Assembly (NCBI GenBank): GCA_951406725.2
Contig: OX597824.1
Coordinates: 53,692,001-53,756,000 of the forward strand
DNA from: Octopus vulgaris
Taxonomy: Eukaryota
Direction of reading: 5' to 3'
DNA: 64,000 nt
Below, one piece after another: positions 49,602 to 62,229 of this stretch. Below the pieces are notes generated by a model. It was not told where the DNA came from. It saw only the letters and a list, made by a program, of their open reading frames with translations, and did no database searches. Both the position numbers and the translations under genes were made by a program. Every line of letters begins with the position of its first letter. Within the stretch, counting starts at the first letter, position 1.

Positions 49602-52458
49602 TTAATAGCTCCCTATTATAGGTTACTTTAGTTTAATATTAATTTTAGTTTAGAGTACCATATATTTTTAGTTATGTAGTTTAGGCTTTAATTATAGTTA
49701 GTCTTTAATTGGTATTTCTTTGTTTTCATTAATTTATTATTAATGTATATTAATATATAACAGTTTATGGTATATTGAGTTTGGTAAGTTAAAACTTTAT
49801 TTATTTATATTAGATTTCTTTTATTTTATTTACTTATTTATTTATTTATTTTATTATGTATATGTTATATGTATATACGTGGATATATATTATTTATGGA
49901 TGATTTGGGCGTATTTAGTGGTGTATATATTGAGTTTTGTATGTATGTGTGAATGTTTACAATCCCCTTGTATTATTTTTGGTATGTTGATATGGCAGTT
50001 TTATTTGGGTATTGTTTGTTGCAATATACGTTTATATAGATATTTAGGAGAGTGTCCGTGAATATGTAGGTATGGGTGTGTATGCATGTGTGCATGTGTA
50101 CAAGTGCAAGTGTAGATGCGGGAGTGTATGAGTGCTATGTAATTGAGTGTGATTATTTATGCACTTGTATACATGCATGTTTGTATGTGCGTGTGATTGC
50201 ACCCGTCTGCGTGTACACACTCATATATACATTTATTAAATATTTGTTTACTTTTGTGAGAGAGAGTATTTTATATATTTGTGTATGTGATGATATGTGT
50301 GAATGTATATATATATATATATATATATTTTATATATATATATATTTATGTTTGTATATGTATTTATTTAATAATCTATTGGTGTGGGAATGTATATGGT
50401 GTATATATCGAGTTTTGTACGTATGTATTTGTATGTGTGAGTGTGTATATGGTTATGTTTGTGGGTGTGTGTATATATGTGTGTGTATTTGTGTGTATTG
50501 TGTATTTGGTAAGGGGGTTTTATCTTTATATTTGTATGTATGGATTTCGTTTATCATGATTGTTTTATTAAAGAATTTTTTTAGTATATTTAGTCCCCAT
50601 GTATTATAGCTTGGTATGTTGATCATGGTAGTTTTTTATTGGGTATTGTTTGTAGCCATTTATACGTATATTTAGATGTTTAGGAGAGTGTCCGTGAATA
50701 TGCATGTGCATGGGTGTGTGTGCATGTGCACGTGTATAAGTGCATGTGTAGATGAGGGAGTGCATGATTGCTATGTAAAAGTGTGTGCTTGTGTATGCAC
50801 TTGTATACATGCATGATTGATGTGTGTGGGATTGCACCCATTTTTATGGATATATATATTTATTTATCTGTATGGGTGTGGGTGTGTATATTTTGGTGTA
50901 TATATCGAGTTTGTACGTATGTATATGTAGGTGTGAGTGGAGTGGGTATATGTATATGTAGTGGGTGTGTGTTTTACGTGTGTGTATTTGTGTGTGAATG
51001 TATAGATTAGGGGGATTGCTATATAGGTATGTTATAGTGTTTGGTAAAGGGAGGTTTTATCATTATATGTATATTTGAGTTTCGTTTATCATGGTTGTTT
51101 TATTAAAGAATTTGTAGTAAATTCTGTCTTTTACGTTGATTAAAATATTATTCCATTCTATTCCATTCATAATTTTTAAATAACGTTCTTTCACCACGCG
51201 CAAAGAATTTTTATAATTCCATTCTATTCCATTTATAATTTTTAAATAACGTTCGTTCACCAAGCGCAAAGAATTTTTATAAATATGTTCGGTTTCTATG
51301 GTAACGTAATTTTGTAAACGTTATAACGGTTAGAGTTTAAATTCACTTCATAAATTAAAACTGACTAGAAGGTATGTATTTTTTTCTCCTTATGTTAATA
51401 TTGTTACTTATGTTAATCTGGTTACTTATGGAGTGTTCTATATATCGTGTTATGTGTAGAAATGTTGTTTTTCTTTTGAGTGTTTATGTATGTGTGAATG
51501 TGTATGTGTGTGTGTATTTGTTTGCGTAATTTATTTATCTGTATGGGTGTGGGTGTGAATATATTGTTGTATATATCGAGTTTTGTACGTATGTATATGT
51601 ATGTGTGAGTGGGTATATGTATATGTTGTGGGTGTGTGTTTTACGTGTGTGTCTTTGTGTGTGAATGTATAGGTTTATGGGGATTGCTATATAGGTATTA
51701 TTGTGTATGGTAAAGGGAGTTTTATCATTATATGTATATAAGGGATTCATTTATCATGGTTGGTTTATTAATGATTTTTGGAGTAAATTCTGTCTATTTA
51801 CGTTGATTAAAATATTATTCCATAATATTCCATTCATAATTTTTAAATAACGTTCGCTTACCACGCGCAATGAATTTTTTGTTTTCCTTTGAGTGTTTAT
51901 GTATGTGTGAATGTGTGTGTGTGTTTGTTTGTGTAATTTATTTATCTGTATGGGTGTGGGTGTGAATATATTGGTGTATATATCGAGTTCTGTACGTATG
52001 TATATGTATGTGTGAGAGGGTATATGTATATTGTTTATGAATGTGGGTTGTATGTGTGTGTGAGGGAGTATGAATAAGTAATGTGTTGAAGTATTTGGCT
52101 ATTTTATTAATTTATCGTTGCCTAGATGTTTTTTATGTGTATGTATAGAGTTATATATATAGGTGTGTGAGTTAGTGTATGTATTTAGATATGGTTATTT
52201 ATACTTAGATATATGTGTATGAGCATGTGTGTATATATAGTTTATTTTGTTTTTTGTTTTTTTGTACATCTTTAAATATGAGAACTTTAATAATAGGTAT
52301 CTTTATATTCAATTGTTTATAGGGTTTGTTTTAGATTATATGTTGATTATATTATATATAGATTATATATAGATTATATATATTTATATTCTTTCATTGA
52401 TAAATTTATATTATTTTAATTTTATATTTTAAAATATTGATATTTTTAGATCGGAAAT

Positions 52459-52502
52459 CCACCTGACGAATGTCATTTGAAGACATGAAACAATTGTAGT
52501 GG
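52459..52502 (+). ncRNA. Minimal type I hammerhead ribozyme (3' pLTR)
   Basis: Identical to 46906-46949; predicted cut after 52498. Confidence 0.88.
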
Positions 52503-52685
52503 CGATTTATTTACTTTATATTAAATTTTTTTATGTATTGATTAAGTCTTTCCTTGTTTGTTTTGCAAAATAGTGGTTTTGTCTCGAATTAATATTATAT
52601 AATATTTTACTATAAAATTGGATTTAATCCTAAATCTGATTTTTTTTTCCCTGTAATTTTGGATTTATTCCCTAATATTTATTAT

Positions 52686-52727
<42 letters not shown>

Positions 52728-52997
52728 TATATGATTATTGCCAGAACTGCCTGACTGGCTCCTATGCCAGTGGCATGTAAAAAGCACCATTCAAGAGTGG
52801 TCAATGCCAGTACCACCTGACTGGCTCTCATGCTGGTGGCATGTAAAAACACACTCTCAGAGTGGCTAGCATTAGGAAGGGTATCCAGCTGTAGAAACCT
52901 TGCCAGATCAGACTGGAGCCTGGTACAGCCTTCTGGCTTACCAATCCTCAGTCAAACTGTCCAACCCATTCCAGCATGGAAAGCAGACATATGATGA

Positions 52998-53032
<35 letters not shown>

Positions 53033-53045
53033 CACACACACATAC

Positions 53046-53082
<37 letters not shown>

Positions 53083-53110
53083 TCCCTTTTTAACAAGCGT
53101 ACTAATTTTG

Positions 53111-54420
53111 AGTACTAGGACAATTCATCCCTGGTTATTTTGTCGTCAGTTAATTGGTCCCCAGTCAATTTCTCGTTAATCAATTCATCCCCAAATAATC
53201 TTAAATGTGATTTTCAAGAGAAAGTTTAGAACAATCACTTTAGAATTAAATTTGTTGGACAGTTTTAGATATTATTTTTCCCTTTCTTTAACCCCACCCC
53301 CACTCTCTCTTAAGTATTATCTGCACTGAACAGTTTACGAACAAATATTTTCAAGCAAATCGAATTAAATTTATTCAATACAATTGTCCAGAACATGACT
53401 ACTTGCAAGATCATAACTTCAGAAAAAGGCAAAATCTAAGTGGTCGATCAAGAAAATTATATATACACAAAAAATAAGCAGAATGCAGATGGATTGAAGA
53501 TATACTGGAGGTGCGAAGATATACACAAGTGTGCAAAGCGAGAGTTCATACAGATGAAAATTATAACGCGCTTAAGAAGACTGGGATCTATAATCATGCT
53601 TCAACTGCTGCAGAGGTAAATGTAAGGACAATAGTTTCAAATATTAAAGTAAAATCGATTTCATCTCATGATCTCCTCGCTCAATTATCGCTAGTTAAGT
53701 TCAGAATTTAAACGACTGTACATTGTTGCAAATACCTCCATCTGCACAGCTTAATAGGAATAATAGACGTTGGAGGCAAGCTGATTCCAACTAACCTGCC
53801 ACAGCACTTACAAATGTTGGATTTTCCATTCCAAGTGAATACTCCTACCTTGACAATGGTGAAATGTTTTTACAGTATGACAGCAGGATGAAAGATTCAA
53901 AACGAATAGTAATATTTGCTAGTGACGAAGCACTTCGACAGTTAAAACAGCACAAGAACTGAGTGGCAGATGGAACATTTAAGTTCTGCTCTAGTATATT
54001 TTTTCAGTTATATATACTTCACATTCAAAATGATAAATTTTAATGCCCCACGATTGTTAGCATTGCTCTCTGACAAAAGTCAAGACACATATAGTAGACT
54101 TTTTGCCAAAATAAATGAATTACTGCAGAATGAGGGACCTGATAATATAATTATGGATTTTGAAAAAGCAGCCCATAATGGATTTCTGGAGCATATAAAA
54201 GAATGTGGAAAAACATGATCCAAGCCCAAAAAGTTATTTTGCTAAAAGCAATTGCACACAATCTTAAATTTTAAGAAAAAATAAATATGTAAAACAGCAA
54301 ACCTTAACATAAACGTTTTTTAATTCAGATATTTGTTCTTCCATTTTTCCTAGGATCTCGAATTGACTGACAATGAATTGACCCAGGTCAAATTAAATGA
54401 TGAAGAATTGATCGGACACC
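53111..54420 (+). mobile_element. Mutator-like (MULE) DNA transposon, decayed
   Basis: Perfect 9-bp TSD CTAATTTTG (53102-53110, 54421-54429); TIR-like ends with repeated CAATT/AATTG; FLYWCH-like YWRC..CKARV, ADGTF and IMDFEKAA motifs. Confidence 0.85.
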
Positions 54421-54674
54421 CTAATTTTGTACGCAATAAGTGAATTTATAAACTTTTAGAAACAAATATAATTAGAGAAACAAAACAAACCTTTCACTAG
54501 TTGTACCAGAGTTTATTTTGTTAAAAAAGGAAATTTCGTTTGAAAGAATGAATATGATTTATTTTAATTCTGGAGTCAATCTATCATTATTCCTTGTAGC
54601 AGAATACAATGATAAACTAAAGTAAACTGAATTAAAAACTAAAGAATGATGACGATGATGATGATGATGATGAC

Positions 54675-54890
54675 AGTGAGCTGGCAGAACTGTTAGCATG
54701 CCAGGCAAGATGCTTAATGTCATTTCATCTCCATGTTCTGAGTTCAAATTTTGTTGAAGTCGACATTGTCTTTCATCCTTTTGGGGTTGATGAAATAAAT
54801 ACCAGTTGTAGACTGGGGTTGATGTAATCAACTTAACCCCTTCCCCAAAATTGCTGCCCCTGTGGCAAAATTTGAAACTTATTATTATTA
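54675..54890 (+). mobile_element. SINE (second family); related copy at 57020-57240
   Basis: GAGCTGGCAGAA..GTTAGC, B-box-like GAGTTCAAAT, CTTTCATCCTTT core, (ATT)n tail. Confidence 0.65.
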
Positions 54891-54921
54891 TAAATTTAGT
54901 CTATAACTTTTATCTACTTAC

Positions 54922-55053
54922 CTTTCTTAGCAAAGGGCACATGATCATCTTGTATGCCATACAGAGGGAATTGTAATAGTTCAGTTGAGAACATTGACTT
55001 ATACATATTGTAGTGGTCACGGTATTGAAGATTTCGTCTTAAAAGCAAGTGCT
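54922..55053 (-). CDS. QPCT: QPCT-family penultimate coding exon
   Basis: Acceptor ttttag|AG, donor AAG|gtaagt, 132 nt (phase 1-1). (E)HLLLRRN...LYGIQDDHVPFAKK(G) contains the catalytic QDDH. Confidence 0.92.
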
Positions 55054-55229
55054 CTAAAATTTAGATGAAAATCATAATATATTGTAATTAAAAGAAAAGA
55101 ATTACAAGATTACTATTAAAAGTTCACATTTCTTAATTTAATCCCCAACACATAAATAGACTCAAGATAACACCCTCTAGTATTCAGAGAATCATTAGAA
55201 GTAGTCAACAGTTTTTGTTACCTCAGTGA

Positions 55230-55720
55230 TCTAATTATCATTAGATGTAAGTATATCAGCAGCATACCAGCAAGAGTAGGGACAGGCTGGAGAAAGTTCA
55301 GGGGATTATTACATCTGCTGGGTGCAAAGGGTATCTCTCTCACAGTAAAGGGTAGATTGTAAGATGCTCATGTTTGAAGTATGATGCTATGTGGTATTGA
55401 GACACAGACTTTGAAAGCAGAGGATTTGTGAAGATTAGAAAGAAATAAGGCAAACATACTTTGCTGGATGTGTAATTAGTGTGTATGAATGACAGAGCAC
55501 AAACAACTTCAATATAAGAAAAATTGATGTAATGTGAAAGACAGAAGACTGTTTATACAAGAAAGTGATGCTTATGGAGGATAACATTTGTAAAGAAGTG
55601 CCAAACACTCTAAGTGGATAGAATCTGTGAAAGAAGATCAAGGAAGATATGGAATAAAGTAATGAGTGAAAAATGATCTCAAGATGTACCACAAAAATGA
55701 GATGATGAAGGGCCAGAATT
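55230..55720 (+). mobile_element. Decayed RTE LINE 3' coding remnant (related pieces at 56270-56470 and 60680-61070(-))
   Basis: GWRKFRGLL, KGRL*DA and MLCGIET-like fragments. Confidence 0.55.
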
Positions 55721-57426
55721 ACTGGTAACAAGCAGTACTGAAGAAGACTACTTTACCAAAACAGTTAAAGATTTTCATAGGTTACAATAACAGCAGCAGC
55801 AACCGCGGTCACCACCACCACCACCATTTAATATCCATGTTCCATGCTGGCATGGTTTGGACAGTTTGACAGGATCTGCTGTATTGCAGGATTGCATCAT
55901 ACTTTAATGTCTGCTTTGGCATGGTTTCCACAGCTGGATGCCTTTCCAAACACCAACGACTTTACAGCATGGACCAGGTACTTTTTTCATGTCACCAGCA
56001 CTACTGAAGTTGCCATGCAGTTTGCAAGAGTACAAATTCAAGGGGAGGGGGAAGCTTTATGCTAGAAGATGAGGGATTACTGTAAGAAGTGGAGTACAGA
56101 GCGGGATCTTGTAGAGATCTATATGGCTACTCACATCTAGCAGAAGAAAGCGAGAGAAGAAGTGAAAATGATCAATAGGAGCTGCAAGAGATAATGGTGA
56201 TAATGGTCCAGGTGGCCCCGCAAGGTAGAAGTGGGTGTGCAAGAGTGTGCACAAAGATTAATGTGTATGAATGAATACAAATAAATTCAAAGACTGTGCT
56301 TATACAAGAAAGTGAGGCCTATCAAGGATGGCATCTGTAAAGAAGTGCCAAACACTCAAAGTGGATAGATTAGGAGTAAAAAGAAGATCAAGGAAGATTT
56401 GGAAAAAAGTAGTGAAAATGATCTTAAGATGCTGCACCTCAAAATAGAGATGATGAAGGACCAACATTGTTGTGTACTAACAGGAAGAAGAAGGAATGGG
56501 GGCAAACTTCTAAAATGGGTAGGGTTAAAGGGTGAGTGAATAAAAAAAAAAATGAGCGGGGGAAGATAGAGATATGCAGAAGAGAGTTGGGAAGGGGCAG
56601 CCAGAGTAGTAAGATACATGTATGATACAGTTGTCAGGAGGGTCAAGAGAGTAAAATGACATGGTTGGATAGTCTGTAAGAGCAGAAAGGCAGTGGTGGG
56701 GGTAAGAGCCTGAAACATAACACTTTCAGAACTCTGTTCTATTAAGGAAGAAAAGTCATCAGTTACTGCAGAAGGCTGTTAGATTTGGGACCATTTTCGG
56801 TGTATACCCTTCTCAATCTGACAGCTGTTGTAACATTAGAAAAGTCTCTAAAAGTTTTTTCCAATTTGTAACAGAATTTCACACAAACACACTGCTCTTC
56901 TAAATGCTTTGTTGTTCAAACTATGACAAACCACCAAATGTAGTGTAAACATCTGTTCACTCAACCATGTCTAGATTGATGATTATGTGAAGTACCAAGA
57001 TGTGCCTACTGAAGGTCAAGGCAATGAGCTGGCAGAATTGTTAGCGCATCAGACAAAATTCTTACCGAATTTCTTCTGGCTCTTTATGTGCTAAGCTCAA
57101 ACACTCCTGAGATTAACTTTACCTTTCATCCTTTCAGGGTTAATAAAATAAAGTATCAGTAAAATACAGAGGCTGATGTAATTGAATACCCACTGCATTC
57201 CAGATAGCTGGCCTTGTACTAAAATCTGGACCAATAATTAAACTGAATGTTAAGGTCACATATACACAGTACAGTTGTAAACGTAGTGTGCCAGTTAGTC
57301 CACATGTGATTTTAAAAGTTCTTTATGAACAAATTACATAAAATTAAAAGATTTTTAAAATTTAATAAAATGGTATGGCCAAATTGATATAAATAACCAA
57401 ATCAATTTAATAACTGATGTACTTGC

Positions 57427-57529
57427 CAATTTTTACAAGATTTTGAAATAGTCTGTCTGTTTCTTGAGGGAAATAGTTATGGAAAACTATATTGGAACTG
57501 CCAATCAAATCCAAAAGAATGAAGTGTGT
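57427..57529 (-). CDS. QPCT: QPCT-family exon containing LLDLIG; upstream exons not found in this window
   Basis: Acceptor tatttttag|ACA. THFILLDLIGSSNIVFHNYFPQETDRLFQNLVKI, 103 nt; donor G|gcaagt (GC) gives the phase 1 required by the next exon. Confidence 0.9.
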
Positions 57530-57809
57530 CTAAAAATAGAGAATAAAACAGAAAAGTGAAGTACTTCAGTTCAATTCAGTATTAGATAAACTCATCAATG
57601 TTAATAAGAATTTGGAAACACTTTTTAAAACTAAAAAGATGAGAAGTGGATCCGTTAACATGAATAAGTTAAACAAGAAATAAGCAAATAAAGATATGAT
57701 TTAAAGATGTAGACTGAACAGAAGTGAATTTATGAAATATCAGATGAAATTTTAGACAACATTTATTAAAATAATGCCTCTTGTTATCAATCATAGACTG
57801 AAACAATGA

Positions 57810-58946
57810 GTAATTTATATTTTCTTCCATGTTAAAAGAATATTATTCACAATCTTCTTCGATATTCATCCCAACTAAAGAACACATTAGACATGCTCTA
57901 CTCTACAAGTTTGATAAAGGTGTCAATGTGAGTGCAGCAGCAAAATACATTCAGAGCAATTATGGAGATGATGTAGTGAATGAAAAAAAATTAGAGAAAG
58001 TGATTTTCCCATTTTTGAAGTAGTAACTTCAGCTTAGACATCAAGCCAAAGGAGGGTCAGTCAAAAGCTCTCAATTCTCAAGAGTTGGAAGCGGTTATTA
58101 CAGCAAAAACCTGTCACTGGTGCTAGAGAACTCACTGAGAAATTTAAAGTAAGCCATACAACTATCCTACGCAAACTCAAAAGAACTGAAAAGGTTTCAG
58201 TAGTTAGAAAATGGCCTGTCTCCAAAGAATCTGCGATGATCTGTTGCCTGTTGTGAGACATTGCTTACGTGATAACATCAAATGCCATTTTCGGATAAGC
58301 TTGTTACTGGTGATGAGAAGTGGATCTTTAACTTTAACTGCCATTGTCAATGGATCAGTTGAAGAAGCAGACTTGCTCAGCAATCAAGAGGATGACTTCA
58401 TCCAAAGAAGATCATGCTGATTGTATGGTGGGATATTCAAGGAATTATCCATTATGAACTGCTAGACAATAAACAAACAATCAACACCAATTTCTATTGC
58501 AATCAACTTCATCATTTGGAAGCAGCTTTGCACAAAAATCGCCCATCCTTAGTCAATAGAAAGGGAGTCATTCTGCATCATGATAATGCCTGCCCACACA
58601 CTGCACAATTTATTAAGGATCTCTTAGAAGAGCTCCATTTGGAGAAACTGCTTCATCCTCCATGTTCTCCTGACCTTGCATCTTCTGATTATCACTTGTT
58701 TCAGAGATTACAAAACTATTTCGATGGTTTTAGGAAGACATTGAGAGAAGAGGCTGAAAAGGAATTGGTATCATACTTTGCATCAAAACCTAAAGAATTT
58801 TACATCTATAAGTTTGCCAACAGATGGAATGATGGTCTACAAAATAATGGGTGTTATGTTAATAATTAAATATTTCTATAAACATAAGCTTCTCATTAAT
58901 AAATAAAGACTTCAGAATCAGACACAACTTTCATTCCAACCTGATA
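57810..58946 (+). mobile_element. Older mariner (DD34D) remnant
   Basis: EHIRHALLY, VTGDEKW, VWWDIQGII, HHDNACPH, SPDLASSDYHLF; 3' TIR-like CACAACTTTCATTCCAACCTGATA. Confidence 0.85.
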
Positions 58947-59130
58947 AGTCATAAAAGGCACCAAATGAAGTATACAAACAACTCAACTGAGTTTGGATGA
59001 AAGTGTGTTAAGAAGTATCACCTAGATTTTAAATAGACCAAGTATACTTTGCATGCTTCAGTTTGATCTGAACCACATAACTCACATTTTCCATGAAATT
59101 TAGACTCAAGTATTTAGATTATATCTTTAA

Positions 59131-59350
59131 CCCTTTTGTTGCCATATTTCTTTTGAGATACTCTGTGTTTCTTTCAATTAATTTTAAATATAACAAAGAA
59201 TTTAGTAAAATAACTTAGTTATCATTAGTTAGTGTTAGGAACATAAATTGTAACTAAGGTTTAGTGGAAGATTTTAATTCAGAACTTTTGGAAACAAGAC
59301 ATTTGTACTACAGGTCAGAAGCAGTTTCAGGCAGGTTGGTGTCAAAATGC
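59131..59350. mobile_element. piggyBac-type MITE, second copy
   Basis: TTAA flanks; homologous to 44150-44360. Confidence 0.8.
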
Positions 59351-62229
59351 TTAAAAGCTAAATCTAGCATAAATGAGAGAGTAACATGAGAATTTAAGGA
59401 GACCTGTCTCTCTAGGTTTGTATGAAAACATTAAAAACTACTATCTAACCATCTTAAAAATGGTTAAATATATTAAGATAAACTAATATAAGAATCCCAT
59501 AACATAAGAGTAATGTGATCTTGAAAATGTTGTCATAACACAAAATCCAGTAACAAAATTAATTTTCCTATTATAAAGTGAGTATGTATTCCAATGGAAA
59601 TTTTTGAAAACAACGACAGCAACAACAAAACAAGCAATATGACTATTTTTATGCACGAAACTAATAATGTCTAGCATGCACAGTATAATATGTATACATA
59701 GCTGAATAAAAATACATTAGGGAATAAATTGCCAGCATCACCAACATTTAATGTCTGTGTTCCATGCTGGCATAGATTAAATGGTTTGACAAGAGCTGGT
59801 GAGCCAGAGAATCGCACCAAGCTTCAATGTGTGCTTTGGCATGGCCTATATAGCTGGACACCCTTTCTAACCCAAACTACTTTATAGAATGTGCTGGGTG
59901 CATTTTATGTGGCACTGGCATTAGTGAAGTCATCAAACAACTTGCAAGATAAGACCCAGCTGAAGAGGGAGTAGTACTGAAGGAGGTGGTTTTATGCAAG
60001 GTGATGAGAGGTTAAAGCATAACAGGGGAACTGGCGTCTTGCTGTAGGGGAAGAACATGGTTACTCCAATTGGAAAAGAAACAGAATGGTAGTGAAGATG
60101 TATCAAGTTACAGAGAGGTGAGTATTAGAAGAGGTATGGTGGGTAAGTAAGTTCATGGTAGTGTGAGAGGAGAGTGACAGAGGGAAATGCAGTGAGTGAT
60201 GAACAAGGATAATGGTATGTCAGTCATGAATATCAGTTGGAGGGGAAGCAGGTGTGAGTTGGGGAGGTAATATGGAGCGGTGAAGAGAATGTGAAGCATG
60301 GGAGTAGGCTGCAATAGAGATGGAAGGTGTGAGGGATGAAGTTAGAAATACATAAAGATAGAAATGGTGAGAGACAAACAGAGGTAACAGGGAAGAGCTA
60401 CAATTAGTAAAATGGGGTGGCATAAAGAAAAATAGGAGATGAAAGGAGCACTGAATGGAAAATAAGGTGGTATGGGATGATACTGAAAATGTGTAAAAAA
60501 AGTGGTTGTAGGGAGGTGAAGTATGTGACGTTCTGCTCTCATAATTACAGCAGCTGAAAGAAAGAGTGGTGGAGAAGTGAGGGAGATCATCAGAGACAGA
60601 TTGGGTGAAGGGGCAAAGAAATAAGATGGATGGATCTTCTCAAGCACAGCAAGTTGCAAATCATCTTGGTCCTTTGTGAGACACAACAGCTAAAGGCTAT
60701 TCTTCACTACTTTGTCTCACATCTTCCTGGGTTTCCTTCTTCCATACTTGCCATCCACATTTAGCAATCTGCACTTTATGTGACACTCCTCATCCGTATG
60801 CCTCACATGACCATACCAGTGCAGCCTTGTCTCTCACCCAATACATCTAATGTCTCTTATGTTCATTTTTTCTCTCAAAACATTTGCATTTTGTTGTAAA
60901 TGCATGCCATCATTGTACATCTAACAAAGCTTCATTTCTTTCAAGTTTTTGCATATCTTTTGCATTCACAGCAAACTTTTCACTACCATCTAGCATTGCT
61001 GTTCATACACAAGCATCATAAAAGCAGCCTTTCACTCTGAGAGAGAGGCCTTTTGTTGCCAAAAGTTCTTGGGTTTTCAGGATGACACACGAGTAGGGAC
61101 TCTAATTTCTGATCACCAGCAACATTTTCTTCCAGAAGAAGCATCAAGATTTTTGAAAAATTTAAAATCCTAGAGTTGATGTTGCTTCTTAAGTAGGTAT
61201 GTGCATCCAGAAATGTGCAGTTTAATTAACACTGTATACTTGTTCTGGTGCCCCTTCAGTAATCTATTTCTTTAGTTGTTCAAGATAATTAGTAGCAGCA
61301 CTAGCAGCTTTACCAGTAATTTTTATGTTGTGTAAATTAAAGTATTTCTTAAACTTTACAAATTAGACTTTATTAGACTGTAAATGATTCTTAGAAGTTT
61401 CATGTTCCTTTTTCAGCTAATTGCTATACAAATGCTTGACCTTTTCTTTTTTTAATTACCATCATGCTTAATTACCATCATGACACATTACATTGAGTTT
61501 GATCTTTGATCCATACACTTTTAGATGGTGCAGGTCATTATGAGCCACCGAATATGACTCCCAGAAGGCTGTAATTTCATTGGTAGTCAACCTGGATGAA
61601 AAACATATACAAGCGAGGTTGCAACTTAAATATGTTTATCGTGGCCACATGTATATACACAATAGAATAATAAATAGAATGGTGAAAAGGCCATGGTCTT
61701 TTGTGCTATGCTAGGAATCTGCTAGTTGATGAATGTTGAGAGAGGCTAGATCACATCCTTACAGTTCAAGGTTCCAATGTAGAAAGAGGAAGAGATAAGG
61801 TCACATGTCTGAACCTTAATGTTGTGTAATGCCCTCTATCTCTGTATAGCCAGCTTGTTTGACCCACTGTCAAGGAGGGGGGGATAATGCGCCTACAGAG
61901 ACTGGAAATGGTCGATTAATAGTAGAGTAGGCGGAGTGTACAGGAGGGCACAGAAGAATAAACCATGGCAAAAACAGTAGTAAGAACAATTGAAAAAAAA
62001 ATACAATACAAAGAAAAACTTTCAGCAAAGAAAGATGTGCAATCAAGTAGAACAAAGCATATATGTACAATGATAAAGAAGAAAGAAAATGTGAATGCAG
62101 TGTCCCTAGCAGCAAAAGTCTATTCTCCAGAACAGTCACTGGCAAGGTAAAGTTAAGAAATGTAGATAGTCCGAGACAATTTATTTGGCCAATGAACCAA
62201 TCAGCCAGATGTCCTGTAAGATGAAAAAT

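Larger units (their letters stand above)
45813..52687 (+). mobile_element. Near full-length PLE with 1.32-kb direct pseudo-LTRs
   Basis: 45813-47133 is repeated almost identically at 51366-52687 (offset 5553), flanking an RT-GIY-YIG ORF; ends in (TA)n. Confidence 0.93.

Noticed and set aside
50076-51010. ORFs of 77-177 aa rich in C/V/Y/I (also 17849-18816, 31787-32095, 40434-41213, 42436-43037)
   Set aside because: Translations of TG/TA/CA low-complexity DNA with no domain signal.
59483-59570. Possible QPCT exon (LILLLDF after tag)
   Set aside because: In-frame stop follows and the true LLDLIG exon is at 57427-57529.
61500-61880. Candidate 3' LTR of the gypsy element
   Set aside because: No second LTR in the window and no correctly oriented polypurine tract or TG...CA pair could be fixed.
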